DNA from: Eledone cirrhosa
Lineage: Eukaryota
Length of the DNA stretch: 64,000 nt
Direction: 5' to 3'
Assembly: GCA_964016885.1 (NCBI GenBank)
Contig: OZ024746.1
Location: 72,230,001 to 72,294,000, forward strand
Shown here: one piece after another, positions 30,297 to 44,599 of the stretch
Position numbering within the stretch: the stretch's first letter is position 1
Layout of the letters: each line of letters opens with the position of its first letter
Notes under the pieces: model-generated
Database searches by the model: none
What the model was told of the DNA's origin: nothing
Seen by the model: the letters and a program-made list of their open reading frames with translations, nothing else
Translations under genes and position numbers: made by a program

Positions 30297-30407
<111 letters not shown>

Positions 30408-30708
30408 GTTATCATCATTTTCATCACCATTGTTCAAGGTCCATTTTCTATGCTCCCTTTGGGAGAGAATCAGGTCAGAGGACCATGTTTTGCTCACCTG
30501 GGGCTGATTTGGGCTTGGTTTCTACAGCTGGATGCCCTAGCTAACACCAACCACATTTACAGTGTGTGCTGGGTGCTTTTTGTTGTGTTACCGATGTGAC
30601 CACATTACACCATGAACCGGCGCTTTTGTCTTGACAACTGAGGAGGGGTCACTACCAGTAATGCACTGGGTAATTGCTGGCCTTGTGCCTAAAGTAGAAA
30701 CAATTATG

Positions 30709-30761
<53 letters not shown>

Positions 30762-30806
30762 ATATATATACATACACACATATATGTATATATATATATC
30801 ATTATG

Positions 30807-31070
<264 letters not shown>

Positions 31071-31103
31071 ATATATATATATATATATACATATGTGTGT
31101 ATG

Positions 31104-31134
<31 letters not shown>

Positions 31135-31137
<3 letters not shown>

Positions 31138-31876
31138 GAGAGGGAGAGAGTGTGTGCATGAGTTTGATGACACATACATTCTGCATTAACTTCCATAATG
31201 GCTGAGTCAAATTTTCGGTAAATAGACCTTCATTTGGAAGAAAGTCTCATAAAGCTAGGGCATTGAATCTGACCTCCAAATTATGTGAAAACGGATCTGA
31301 CTTCCTAATCACATAAAAACAATTCATTTTTCAGAAAATGGAAAGATTTGGCTGCTTTTTCTAGCATGGCGAGCTACCATGTACCTGTTGAAATGTTACC
31401 ATAGCTAGCTGTCTACTTTCTGAAAAGTATACGTCTCCAGTTCGAATAATGGAAAGCTTAAGTCAGGTTTAGGGTTAGGGTTGGGGTTAGGGATAGGGAA
31501 TCTCATGAAAGAAAACTCCACAGGAGGGAAAAAGTCTGAGGGTCCGCCATCTCTTCTCTTTCCGTATTTCATGGAAAAAAATCATTTGCAGCAAAGTCAG
31601 AGATGAAATTAATTGATAGCCCATGAAGAAACTGAGGAAAAATAATTATTTCTAACAAAAATCGATGAAGTGTTCTAAGAATTTTCTATATTTTTATCAT
31701 AATTTACTTTTATAAGTTTTCTATTTCAAATTGATTATTGTTGTTGATCTGACAGAATTTGTTATGCCAATAATATTAGAATCACTAATCACAATAACTA
31801 TTAATAAAATATATCAAGTTTTGAATAAAATTTAATTATTTACTTTAACCCGGGCAACGCTGGGTACTTCTGCTAG
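31135..31876 (+). mobile_element. Non-autonomous Helitron
   Basis: 3' hairpin cccgggcaacgctggg (31849-31864) plus CTAG at 31873-31876, similar to the autonomous Helitron end; 5' end approximate. Confidence 0.7.
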
Positions 31877-31994
31877 AATATATATATATATATATATATA
31901 TCATCATCATCGTTTAATGTCCATCTTCCACGCTAGTGTGGGTTAGACATATATATATGTACATACATATATATGTACATATATATATATATGT

Positions 31995-32510
31995 ACATGA
32001 AGAATTTCAGGGAGCTACTGCCACTGCTAGCTGCAAAAGGCTTCTCTCTCAAAATGAAAGGCAGACTGTATGATGCGTGCATACAAACAGCAATGTTACA
32101 TGGTAGTGAGACCTGGGCGCTGTGTGTAGAAGACTTGCGTAGATTAGAAAGAAACGAAGCTTGCATGCTCCGATGATTGTGTAATAGTAATATACGTGAA
32201 CGGCAAAGCATAAACGAATTGAGACGGAGACTGAGCCTAAGAGAAATCAAATGCTGTGTGCAGGAGAAGATGATGTGTTGGTATGGACACGTGATGTGTA
32301 TGAAGGATGACAGCTGCATAAAAAGGTGCAGAACACTAAAAGTTGATGGAAGCCATGGAGTGGGGAGACCCAAGAAGACCTGGCACGAGGTGATAAAAGT
32401 GGACCTTGCTCAATTGCACCTCCCTCTCAACAGCGATGACACAGGACCGTGACCTCTGGCGTCACGCAGTAATACGGAAGACCCGACGAAGCCGAAGCCA
32501 AAGCATATAG
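31995..32510 (+). mobile_element. RTE LINE 3' fragment
   Basis: KGRLYDACIQTAMLHGSETW..WYGHV..GRPKKTW. Confidence 0.85.
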
Positions 32511-32810
32511 ACAATATGCCCCCCAATCCCCTTCCCTCTGCAAAGTGGTCATGGAGGTGTCACGACAAAGAAGCACCCAGACCACACTGTAAAGTGGACG
32601 TGTAGGCGCCACGGAAAAAAAGCACCCAGCACTCACTGTAAATGAGGTTGGTGTTAGGAAGTGCATCCAGCTGTAGAAATCAAGCCAGAATCAGTTCCCG
32701 TCCCACCCTTGCAAGCAGGGAAAAGCAGATTTTAAATGATGATATATATATATAAACAACAGTTAAAAAGTGTGACACCAAGATGAACAACCGAAGGCAA
32801 CAATAAATAC

Positions 32811-32843
<33 letters not shown>

Positions 32844-32897
32844 TATGTATTTATATATATATTGGATTGCCTCGGAAACAACCTTATTATGTAACAA

Positions 32898-32971
32898 GCT
32901 GTCTGATGATGTCACGACACTCGCACACAGAACAGTGTGGCCAGTGTCGTCATTGAAATATATATCACAGC
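32898..32971 (+). ncRNA. Minimal type I hammerhead ribozyme
   Basis: gctgt-CTGATGA-..acgacact/agtgtcgt..-GAAA-tatata-TC-acagc; all three stems pair. Confidence 0.8.
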
Positions 32972-35399
32972 ATTATTAAAGGACTTGAACATCTGAAACT
33001 ACTTCGCTTTTACTTATTCTATATGTATATATATATATATATATGTATTTATCATTGTTGTGGTATATGTATACCCACTGTCTTCAGTTGTTCATCTTGG
33101 TGTCACACTTTTTAACTGTTGTGTTTACTCTGGACGGTAATGTATTAACATACCACTATATTCAGTACTTTGTGATTGCCTCAAACAACTCAATTAGTCC
33201 CTGCTATGTGGCAGCTACAACTTCAATTCATACCTAATATAATATATATATTATACATTTTTATATATTATATGTATGTATATAGATATTTACATAAATA
33301 AAATATATAAATATTTATCTTTTTCTTCTTCACCCTCTTATTCCTGTCAGAAGCAACTGTTTCAAACAGATCTGGCTGGATCCCCAAGCGAGACCAGCTA
33401 AGTTCATGGATGTTATCCATTGATCTTGCTCAGCGTTTACCCCTGGGTCTCCTGCCATTTGATTTTGCTCATAAAATCTGTCCTGTGATTCTTTCCTGAA
33501 ACATTCTAACCACATGCCCATAGTACCAGAGCTGTGATCTCCCAAATCGGAGAAGTAACGGCTCTACCTGAAGTGACTTTCTGATCTCCAAGCTATGCAC
33601 TCTATCAAGTAATGTTACTCCAAAGACCCTTCAGCATGGGTTGGATTCCCAAAGTGGATGTTATATTGTGTCAAGATACTAGATTTCATGTTGGCCTAAG
33701 TCAGCTCAGTTGTAAAAACAAATAATGAGTCTGAGCAAAAGTTGGGGCTTACCATTATGACAGACTCATGTATTTTCCAGTGAGAAGTCTTGTATTCTCA
33801 GTCACTTAACACCAATAAAACCAGGGCAAGCTCCAGCCTGTTGAGCCTCTGGGATTGGTTCAAACTTTAACTTAACTATGAATGGTTAAGAAATTGACAT
33901 CACAATTACAAGATTCCAAGTTTGGTCCCAGAGTATGGCATCTTGGGAAAATGTCAGTTACTATAAACCTTGGTATCACTCCAGCCTTATGTTGAAATTA
34001 GGGAGAAATAAACTGTTTGAAAGGCTGTCAGACGAACTATACTTTTAATTCAAGGGACCAACCTTGTGACACATTACTGTGTCATACTGAATCTCCCTGA
34101 AAATTACGTCCGAGGTACATGTATCTGTGGAATATTCAGTCACTTATTCTATGATACATCCTGAATATACCTGTTTTTAGTTGGAAATGTCAAAATTGTT
34201 GTTTCAAATTTTTAAAAAAATAGTAATGAGTTGATCATCAGATCAGACCAAGGAAACTATGTTTTCATTAATCTTTCCATTGCTCATAATATTTGTCTGT
34301 TGCAACTTCTGACAGAAGTATCATTACTATTTAAGTAACAGGAGGCCATATTTAAACTCTGAACATACAGAACTAATACATGTACCACAAATTATCCTAT
34401 CTGATTTCTTAACAATTCCACCAATCCATCACCTCTGAATTGATATTTTAATTATCAATCCTGAAAGGATTAAATGCAAAGTTGACCTCTGCAGGATTTC
34501 AATTCAGAGCTCAAAGAGCCAGAACAAATATCAAGGCATTTAGTCCAATGCTTTAATAATTTGCTACCAATTTACTGCCAAATAACCAGAAATAAAAGTA
34601 GGTTTTAAAAATAGATACAACACAGAAGACAACCCATATTAATCTTATTAGTTTGTATGTCAATATGAGATCAATATGAGATCAATTATTAGTAGAATAA
34701 TATTTATTGGATTGTTGTTACACAGTTGCTCTCCAACAGGTTTGCAGTGGAGCCCGTAGCAATGGAGACGTCTGGTTGGCCCTAGGAGAACCTCCCTACC
34801 TACCACAATCAGCATGGAGTTGGCTACCTGCAGGTGTTAGCCTAGCGAGCATGGGCACCCATTTGCTTATAATAGTAAGAGATGGGGAGAGCGAGAGAGA
34901 TGGTGGCAGTGACAATGGGAATTTGATTCTATTATGTTCAGTCCTTGTTAGGAATTTTTTGTTCCAGTGTGTATATGGAGACACACACAGACACAGACAC
35001 ACACAGACACACACACACACAGACACACACAGACTAAACTGTTGTTATATTTTACTTCATTTTTCATGATATATATATAAAAACAATTCTTTAATCAGGG
35101 AAGAAAGAGTAGAGCCTTTGATAGTTTTCAAAGTTTCTGAGGCAGGGTGAGATGGAGAGAAAAAGCTATCCTTAACCCTTTCTTTGCCATATTTCTAATA
35201 TAATACATTGTGTTTGAATTAAATTAATGAAGAATTTAGAAGGATTTACTAATTATTTCATTATTAAGATAGTATTATCAAAAGGTTCTTATAGAAAAGT
35301 ATGTTAGAATTAATATAAATAGGAACACTTGGATGGTTTTGTTCCATAGAACCAGAGCTGGATTTAGGTTGGTTGCTATCAAAAGGGTTAAACCAAAGA

Positions 35400-35600
35400 T
35401 TTGACCTAAAGACTGTATGTTTCTGTGCAATGTGCACCCCTTTTTGACCAGAAAAATAGCATGTAATGTTGCCAACTTTCAGAAATGGGGATACGCCACT
35501 GATGATTATTCCAACTGCCAATATGGGCAATTACACACTATGGAGCACCTGTTAGTTTGCCCCAATGATTCATGCACACTTAACGACCTTGAAATCTTAA
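35400..35600 (+). mobile_element. Ingi/Vingi-like LINE C-terminal fragment
   Basis: QKWGY..NCQYGQLHTMEHLLVCP resembles the Ingi/Vingi C-terminal zinc knuckle. Confidence 0.5.
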
Positions 35601-35989
35601 AACCCCAGCACTACCACTTTACAGAACAAACTAGGTGCTTTTTATCACGGCACTAATACTACTACTTTATAATGTGGGCTGGGTGCTTATAATTGTAGCC
35701 CCAGCATAATCAGCTTACATGGTTAATTGGGTGATTTTTATCATGGCACCAGTACTTCCACTTTATAATGTAGACTGGGAGTATTTTATTGGGGCACCAC
35801 ATTATAACTTTATCAAGTATCTGGGTGGATTTTATCATGGCAGCAGCCTACAACACTACAGTGTTGGTTGTGTCTTCAGCTTACAGTGGGACATGTGTGC
35901 ATGTGTTGTTATACATAAAATAAAAATCTTCATTTGATGATTAGTTTCCAGCATCCTTGGCCTTGGAAAGCTCCAGTACCAGTCAACCA

Positions 35990-37205
35990 AGATAAATGTA
36001 ATACAGACAACTGAAATACATGTATGGCATCATCCCATCAGTAAATCCCTAACTCCAGCTGCTGTGGCCAATTCATCTAGTTTCTTGAAGACTTTACCTG
36101 AATCACTGATGGCGGCTCATGGGTGGATGTTATCTATTTTAACTTTGCTAAAGTTTTTAATTCTGTGCCACACAAAAGACTTATAGCAAAACTCTCTGCA
36201 ATAGGTGTGAAAGATGATCTTTATAACTGGTTAAAGTCCTTCATTCTCAGTTGAAAAAAGTTGTGGTTCCAGGACAGTGGTTCACCCTATGAGATGACAT
36301 CTAGTGTACCATAGGGATCTATTCTTGGTGCCCTTTTGTTTGTTGCATATATTAATGACATAGATGCCAACTTGAAGAATGTCACAGTGCCGAAATATGT
36401 AGATTACATCAAGCTGTACCTTGAGATAAAAAGGACAGATCCTGAACACTATAGATCTTTTCTGCAATCAGACCTGAACACAATGCAGCAATGTATTATG
36501 GACTGGCAACTCAAGCTTGCTGTGGACAAGTGTACCATCATGCGTTTTGAAAGGAAAAAAAACCAGCATTCACATACTCCCTCCACAACAACAATCTCAA
36601 GAAGTCTTCATGTGAATGTGACCTTGGCATTATTGTCAACAGCAATTTGCATTAGACAAAGCACATCTCTAAAATTGTCAAGAAGGCCGAAGGTGTCTTA
36701 GCATTACTCAGTAAGGCCTTTGTTAGCCGCTCTCCAGCTAGCTATTTAAAGCTGTATATAGCTATGTTGTGTCCACACTTTGAATTTACATTACCAGTCT
36801 GGAACCCCTATCTTGCTTAGAATATTGATCTGGAAACTGTTCAGAAATGTGCAACCAAGGAAATACCTTCCATCAGGAATCAACCATACTCTGAATGCCT
36901 TGCTTCTCTGGACATGGATACATTAAAGCTCCGATGTCTGGTAAGAGACTTGGTAGACACCCACAAGATTATTAACCATCTTACAAACAACAACCCTGGG
37001 CACTTTTTTGAATTTCATATGTCTAACACCATGGGCATGTCTACAAAATCAGAAAACGGTACAGCTTCCATGACTTTCAGAAACATTTTTTCACACTCAG
37101 AGATGCTGAAGCATGAAACAAACAACTTGCATCAGTTATTAGCAGTCAGGACACAGCATCCTTCAAAACTTCCATGCCTCCAGAAATTTGCCAACACTCC
37201 TGATA
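35990..37205 (+). mobile_element. CR1-group LINE RT fragment
   Basis: DVIYFNFAK..VPHKRL, ILGALLFVAYINDI, KYVDYIKL; same family as 44600-45672. Confidence 0.85.
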
Positions 37206-37254
37206 TTCCTCACACACACGCATGTTTGTGTGGTGTGCAAGCACAAAGGTATTA

Positions 37255-38420
37255 ACATCTATAATCTGAGAGTTTTTGTATGCAGATGACTGCGATCTTT
37301 TTGCACACTCACAAAGTGACATGCAGCATATTATGAACTCTTTTTCTGAAGCTTGCAGTGCTTTGGGCCTCACAATAAGCTTGGCAAAGATTGTTGTGAT
37401 GTATCAACCAACACATGGAAAAGAGTACACTACACCAAGTGTGTACGTCTACGGAAAGAGGCTAAAAGTTGCTGAAAGGTTGGTGTACCTTGGTAGTACG
37501 CTGAACAATTCATGCACACTGGATGATGAAATATCCTTAAAAATCAAGAAAGCCAGTGATGTTTTTGGATGGCTGCATGAATGTTTATGGTCCTGACGAA
37601 GTATCACTATCGAAACCAAGGTGAAAGTGTATCTGACTTCTGTCGTCTCCCCTTTGCTTTATGCTTGTGAAAGGTGCATCACATACAGAAATCACCTCAA
37701 GGAACTGGAGAGATTTCACCAACAATCTCTTCATAAGTTACTTGGGGTGTGATGGAAAATGTTCATCATCAGTGATTTGGAAGTTCTCGAATAGAGAGGA
37801 TGCATGACTATAGAGAGCATGATCTTTTGCCACCGGTTGAGGTGGTGTGGACACGTGGTCTGGATGTCGGCTGATTGCATTCCAAAGCAACTTCTCTACT
37901 GAGAACTGTGTGAAGGAAGACAACCACTGCACAAACCAAAAAATGGGACTCTGTCAGTGGCTTGTGCTGGAATTTCATCTGATGAATGGGAGAAAATGGC
38001 TGAGGAGCAAGTGAAGTGGAGACGTTTGATCAAGTCAGGTAGTGAACACTTTGAAACTTGTCGGAGAGAACACCTTGCACTGAAAAGAAAGGTAAGGAAA
38101 AGAGACTGTTCTGAACTGCCTGCTGTTGAACATTATAGAGTCTGCCTGAGTAAAGCTGGTTTGACTAGACACGAACAAAGTCATATCAGTAGAGCTCATG
38201 TAGATTATGATCTGAAAAGGTGTAAGGAATGTGCTAGCATGGGAGGTCTCAAAAGACACATGAGAACACAGAGCCAGAACAAAGCAATGGAAAGTCCCAG
38301 AGTAAGCTACAGTTGCCATATATGTGCCAGAGGATGTAAGTCTTTGGCTGGTTTAAAGAGCCACATTTGTGCCTCACATTTTTTAGCATTTTATCAGGCG
38401 ATGCCAATGCTCGAACACGA
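37255..38420 (+). mobile_element. RTE LINE 3' part with C-terminal C2H2 zinc fingers
   Basis: YADDCDL, YLGSTL, LRWCGHV, CHICARGCKSLAGLKSH. Confidence 0.85.
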
Positions 38421-38517
38421 GTTTGCAGCCATCATATATGTATGCATATGTATATACATATGTATATGTATATACATATGTGTATGTATATATATATATA
38501 TGTATGCATCACTGTAA

Positions 38518-38680
38518 AGCGTTGCCCTTGTTTGAAGTAGAACTTCGATCTCTCTATTAGGTTGACACATATACCACAGTTGGGTCTATCACATTTTTTT
38601 ACTGTTGGTTTCGTTGTTAAGGTCGACTGGACGTTGGCCTGTGTAAGGATGTTTTTCATTAATTTGGCTAAGGTCAGCAC
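38518..38680 (-). mobile_element. Penelope-like linker zinc-finger fragment
   Basis: VKKCDRPNCGIC..FKQGQRF; a degenerate hammerhead-like stretch lies on + at ~38810-38845. Confidence 0.55.
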
Positions 38681-39049
38681 TAAGAGAGAAAGAAAGAAAA
38701 TTACAGACAAAAATGTGAACTTTCCTCCCTATGTATGTAAAAACAATTTTTTTCCCCCATATTCTTATTGTTCTTATTAATATGCAATTTAATTGCATTA
38801 TACACTTCCATCATGTGATAAAGCGTACAAGCTGAAACCGGTACAAATAATGTGGAAATTCCTATTTTGATGTTATTCTGAGAGAAAATCTCTTTAGCAT
38901 TTTCTATTGTTTTTTTTCTTTTTTACTATTTTTTATATATATCAACTCGTGTGTCACTTCTCTATATTCTCTCTATATATATTATATATATATATATATA
39001 TATATGTAACTTTAACTTTAATACATTTTTGCCAGTATTAGCCCAGGCC

Positions 39050-40435
39050 ATGTCTAACTTAATAGCACCACCTGGCGAAGTTTTTCAAATAAGGATTTGG
39101 ACACCATGGCCCAATCAAGTAGAGAGTTATTGTTTACAGAGACATATCTGGGTGAAGGAGGTTTATCTGGGATTTCTTGAACTTTATGGTGTCGGTTTCT
39201 GTTAAAGAGAGCGGAGCCAATCGAGGTGAAATAATAGTGCTGTATTGTTGTTATGAGATGCAAGTGTGATTTTTGTTGTGGGCAGATAGCACGGGGCCCA
39301 AAATGTGGGTGTAACTTAAAGGTGATGCCAACATCATTCGGGCAATGCTGATGGAATATTTTCCACATCATGCAGATGATGTAGCGCTTACAGCGATGTT
39401 GGAGAGAATAAAGTTTGAGCTTTTCTAGTTGACCCCAATAGTCAAGGCCTATCATGCCATCTATCTTTTTTTGTAATTGACCTTTGAGGTGCTTCAACTT
39501 TCATGATACTTTGTTTAGTGTGGGGTGACCACAGTGGACAACAGTATTCAAGGTGGGGTCAGGTGAATGTGGAGGAGAGAATGACAATTGTGTGGATATC
39601 TCTCGACTGGAAAGTTCTGAGAATCCAGGAACACATTCTGCAAGCCATGTCAACTTTGCTGTTTATATGAGTGACACAGCTTGTGTTGTTGTCCACAATT
39701 ACTCCCAAGTCTCTGATGTTGTTGGATGCCATGAGAGTTTCACCTGAAGGAAGGGAGTATGGGAGTTTCAGGGTATCCTCTTTTTCAAAGTGGATTAATT
39801 TGATTTTATCCTCGTTCTGCAGCATATTGTTCTTTTCACCAATTTGGATAACAGCCAGTAGGTCTGACTGAAGGTATATTTGGTCACCCACTTCATTGAT
39901 GACCTTCTGGAGCTTGGAACCATCTGCAAAGATTCTTATGTTGCTCTGCTTGATGATGTCAGTAATGTCATTAATGTAGATGATGAAAAGAAGTGGGCCC
40001 AACACAGTGCCTTGTGGAACGCCACTACTGACTTTGGTTGGGCTTCATTTTACTCCTTCGACTACATGTTGGGCTCTGTCTGTCAGGAAACACTTGATCC
40101 ATTGCAGTAACTTTCCAGAGACACAAATGATGGATAGTTTTTTAAATACAATCTTGTGATCAACCCTGCCAAAGGCCTTGCTGAAATCAAGGTAGATGAC
40201 ATCAGTGTTAGAGCCCTTTCCCAAACCTCTCAAAATGTCATCAAAGTGATGCAGGAGCTGCGTTAGACAGTCCCTTCCATTACGGAACCCATGTTGGTTG
40301 GAGTTCAGCAGTCTGTTGCTTTCAAGAATGTGGGTTATTCGTGATCTCACCACCTTCTCAAATACCTTGATCATATGAGAGATTGGACGGTAATTATGGC
40401 AAGGGATTTGTTTCCCTCTTTGAAAACTGGGACAA
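39050..40435 (-). mobile_element. CR1/L2-group LINE RT fragment (second family)
   Basis: NQHGFR, DVIYLDFSKAF, LGPLLFIIYIND, FADGSKL, RDLGV, NSLLDW. Confidence 0.88.
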
Positions 40436-40457
40436 CAGACTACGACATAAAGTTTTA

Positions 40458-40513
<56 letters not shown>

Positions 40514-40777
40514 ATATATATATGTATATATATATAATATATATATGCATATATATATAATATATATATAACTTTATATATATATATATATAACTTTACA
40601 ACACCACCTGCTCTTTGAGGTCAAATACCAACCCTACTACCATCTACAAACTGACCAATGAGAATCAAGACAATTCCTGCTGACAACATTAAATTATTCC
40701 TAACAAGCTCATATGTCCTAAGGCTCTGATACCATCAACACTATACACACAGAGCTGGCATATCTAAGAACTGACTA

Positions 40778-40833
40778 ACTGCCTGATGAAGTCATAGCCA
40801 TTCATTGGCTATCATCGAAATATATATAGCAGT
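40778..40833 (+). ncRNA. Minimal type I hammerhead ribozyme in a ~300-bp element between TA-rich tracts
   Basis: actgc-CTGATGA-..atagcca/tggctat..-GAAA-tatata-TA-gcagt. Confidence 0.82.
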
Positions 40834-40947
40834 AAATAAAGGATTATGAGTTCATGCAATTGACTTATGTTTCGTCACTATATATAATATATATATGTAT
40901 ATATATATATATATAATATATATGTATATATATATAATATATATATG

Positions 40948-40992
<45 letters not shown>

Positions 40993-41051
40993 ATATATAT
41001 GTATATATATATAATATATATATGTATATATATATATATATAATATATATA

Positions 41052-41487
41052 TGTAGCGGCTCCCAAAGGAGCACTGAGTGCAATGTCAACTCTGGATGTC
41101 GGTGAGCATGTCCAGCTAACCTCAGTCTCTTCTGTGTCACTTTTGAGCTGACTTTTGGGATGCTCCCATACAGCTCTGAGTTTTTCATCCTCAGTGTATA
41201 CTGATTAATGTTCAGAGCCATCCTCAGCATTCTCGTGTAGCACCCATCCACCATCTGAGTGAGTTTCTTGGTCAGTGTCCAAGTCTCAGACCCATACAGC
41301 AGCACAGACTCCACTACAGCAATGAAGAGGCAGACTTTCAGGTCTCTACGAAGGTCCGACTTCCACACTAGAAGAGGAAGACCAAGGTTAACGTATGTTG
41401 ATGCCCTAAGGACAGACACTGGTCTGTTGGAGACGCAGGACATGGCAGCGATAATGAGGGACAGAGACCGCTGGAGAGAACTCGTCT
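41052..41487 (+). mobile_element. RTE-like LINE 3' fragment with 5' inversion
   Basis: 41055-41368 on - ([15 protein letters not shown]) joined to 41364-41486 on + (HTRRGRP..WRELV); CACAC microhomology. Confidence 0.85.
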
Positions 41488-41571
41488 ATGTATATATATA
41501 TGTATATATATATGTGTATATATATGTGTATATATATATATGTATATATATGTATATATATATATGTGTGT

Positions 41572-41604
<33 letters not shown>

Positions 41605-41635
41605 TATATATATATGTATATATATATGTATATAT

Positions 41636-41684
<49 letters not shown>

Positions 41685-41934
41685 ATATATATATGTATAT
41701 ATATATGTATATATATATATAATATATATATGTATATATATATGTATATATATATATAATATATATATGTATATATATATATGTATATATATATGTATAT
41801 ATATATATAATATATATATGTATATATATATATAATATATATATGTATATATATATGTATATATATATGTATATATATATGTATATATATATGTATATAT
41901 ATATATGTATATATATATATAATATATATATGTA

Positions 41935-42066
41935 ACCCTTACTCTACCCTAACTCTAACACTAACCCTAACCTTAACCCTAATCCTAACCATAACCCTAT
42001 CACTAACCCTAACCCAAAACCTAAACCTTAACCTTAACCCTAACCTTACCCCTGAATCCTAACCCT
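41935..42066. repeat. Degenerate interstitial (CCCTAA)n telomere-like tract
   Basis: ~20 imperfect AACCCT units. Confidence 0.7.
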
Positions 42067-42379
42067 GAGGGCCAATGGCATGAATTTGGATAACTATGTG
42101 GAATGGTAACTGCAAGTTAAGGACTTCAGGATGAAAACCATTCAATAGAAAGGAACTGAGAAAGATTTGGGCTGAACAAACGCTTTCAAATGAATGATAG
42201 TCAGCCAATTGGCACAGTTATTAGGGATTCATATTAAATGTCTCTTCACTCATATTTCAAATCTCGCTGATGTCAATTTTAAGCACTACTCCCGGTCGTT
42301 TGATGGCAGTATTGTTAAAGAAGTCATTATTTATTTTTGCAAAGTTTTGTTATGTTGGTGTAAGCAGCAAAATAAGTCA

Positions 42380-42905
42380 AGGTTTTGTTTTTGCTGTTGG
42401 GTCAGACCTGACTCTGCAGACAGACATTATGAAAAGCCATTTGAGCTGTGACCATCTCATTTTTATTTTTGTTGCTATTTTGTTGTTGTTGCTCTTGCAG
42501 TTGGAGTTGTTGTTGTTTTTTTCACTTGTTTCGTTGTGGCTGTTGGTGTTGTCGTTGTTCATGTTGTTGTTGGTGATGTTGCTAATGTTGTGTTTGTAAT
42601 TGTTATTTTTTTCTTTGATCACAATGGTGCCTGTTGTAGTTGTTATCCCTCCTTTCAACTTGTAAGTCACTATGCCGAGACGGCAGTTTTAATGGTGGGG
42701 GTAGGGGACTGTCTCATCCATTTTATAAAAAATATACTGGAAAAATCAAATACAATTCCAAGAAAACAACAACTCAAATTTACAAACTCACAGAGCTTAC
42801 TAAGAATAAGTCTTCTCTTGTCGACGACCAATAATAATAATAATAATAATGCTTTCTTTATTAACCACAAGGGTTGACACAAAGTATAACATTAAGGACA
42901 ACACA
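42380..42905 (-). mobile_element. Tx1-like 3' tip (42851-42905) and a probable 5' fragment separated by (TTA)n
   Basis: 42851-42905 matches the reverse complement of 8290-8337; the 5' part has Asn/Thr-rich ORF1-like composition. Confidence 0.6.
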
Positions 42906-43269
42906 TGATAATAATAATTGTTTCTACTTTTGGCACAAGGCCAGCAATTATCCCAGTGCAAAGGTTTCTGCTTTAGGTACATGGCCAACAATTTTATTTT
43001 GAGGAGGGAGTCAAATAAATCGACCCCAGTGTGTTACTGATACTTTATTTTATTGACCCTTAAAGATGAAAGGCACACACACGCACACATTCTCCCTTTC
43101 CAATATATATATATATAAATACAAAGTATATATATCAATACAAAGTAAAAACCTACTACAGTCAGTAGGCATCTCTATCAAAACACACCCCCGTCCCACC
43201 ACCACCACCCCATCCACACCGCCCCTTTCAATGTAAAGTTATGTTGGTGCCACACCATCCAGGCCGAAA

Positions 43270-43710
43270 CAAATGAGATCGTGTAGGTGTCACGACAAAA
43301 AAACACACAGTCCACGCTGTAAATGTGGTTGGTGTTAGGAAGGGCATCCAGCTGTAGAAAACCCGCCAGACAGTCCACGCTGTAATGTGGCCGTGTAGGC
43401 AACACGGTAAAAACCTCCCAGCCCCACACTGTAAATGTGGTTGGTGTTAGGAAGGGCATCCAGCTGTAGAAAACCCGCCAGACAGTCCACGCTGTAAATG
43501 TGGCCGTGTAGGCAACACGGTAAAAACCTCCCAGCCCCACACTGTAAATGTGGTTGGTGTTAGGAAGGGCATCCAGCTGTAGAAAACCCGCCAGACAGTC
43601 CTATGCGAGCAAGACAATCACTCTTGCCTCAAGTGGGAAAACCCCCGTCCAAACCCATGCAAGCGTGGAACACGGACGCTAAACCTGATGATGATGATGA
43701 TGATGATGAT
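43270..43710 (+). repeat. SINE (Meta-domain-like core) with ~112-bp internal tandem amplification
   Basis: tgtggttggtgttaggaagggcatccagctgtagaaaa at 43324, 43436 and 43549; (GAT)n tail. Confidence 0.7.
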
Positions 43711-44599
43711 GATAAACAACATTTATTTTAGTAGTCACACACAATGGAATTGAAACCGCAATTACCTAGTTACAGAGTGAAAATGTTAATCATGTTTAAA
43801 CTGTTGACTCTCTGCTCTCAAAGTTCAAATCCTGCCACGGTCAACTTCGCCTTTCGAGGTCGATAAAAAAGTATCAGTGAAGTACAGGGGTCGATTCTTT
43901 CACATTGCCATATCTTTCTCCCTTTCATTCTTTCACTCTCTACCCATTTCTGGAAGAAATATCCAGACCTGGAAAGGAGATGGGCTCCGCCAGGTGTTAA
44001 AATATCATAGAAACATTGTATGTAAATACGGTGCCGCAACAATTCCTGCGGGAGATACAGCATCAGGTATGAATGTGTGTATTATGCCTGCTCCTCATGA
44101 CACACAGGTAGTCAGCCGAACGACCAGGTTCAATTCACACTGAAAACTGGGACAATTCTACAATAGAAAGCTGAATATGCTTGTAGAAATTAATATTATC
44201 TGGTTTTATTGACCTTTAAGCTTGACCTAATGACCTTTAGTGAGGGAAGGTCAATGTAAGGTAAATGAAACCAATTCATTTATATTTAGGTTGTTTTTAT
44301 TCTTTTCATTATAATAATAAAAATAATTGTTTCTACTTTAGGCACAAGGCCAGCAATTACCCAGTACATTACTGGTACTTTATTTTATCGACCCCGTAAG
44401 GATGAAAGGCAAAGTTAACCTCGGCGGGATTATATAATAATAAAAATAATGGATTAATGTGTACAGTGCTCAGGTACACTATAACTCATCAAAGGTGCAT
44501 GTATAGTACATAGAATAATATACAAATGTCAGGAAAATGAACAGTGTATGAGTCATGATATACATGTGTGTGTGTGTATGAAGGGGGGGGGGGGGGGGG

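Noticed and set aside
41935-42066. True telomere or chromosome-fusion site
   Set aside because: Short, degenerate and in a single orientation; similar tracts occur inside repeats (31465-31497)
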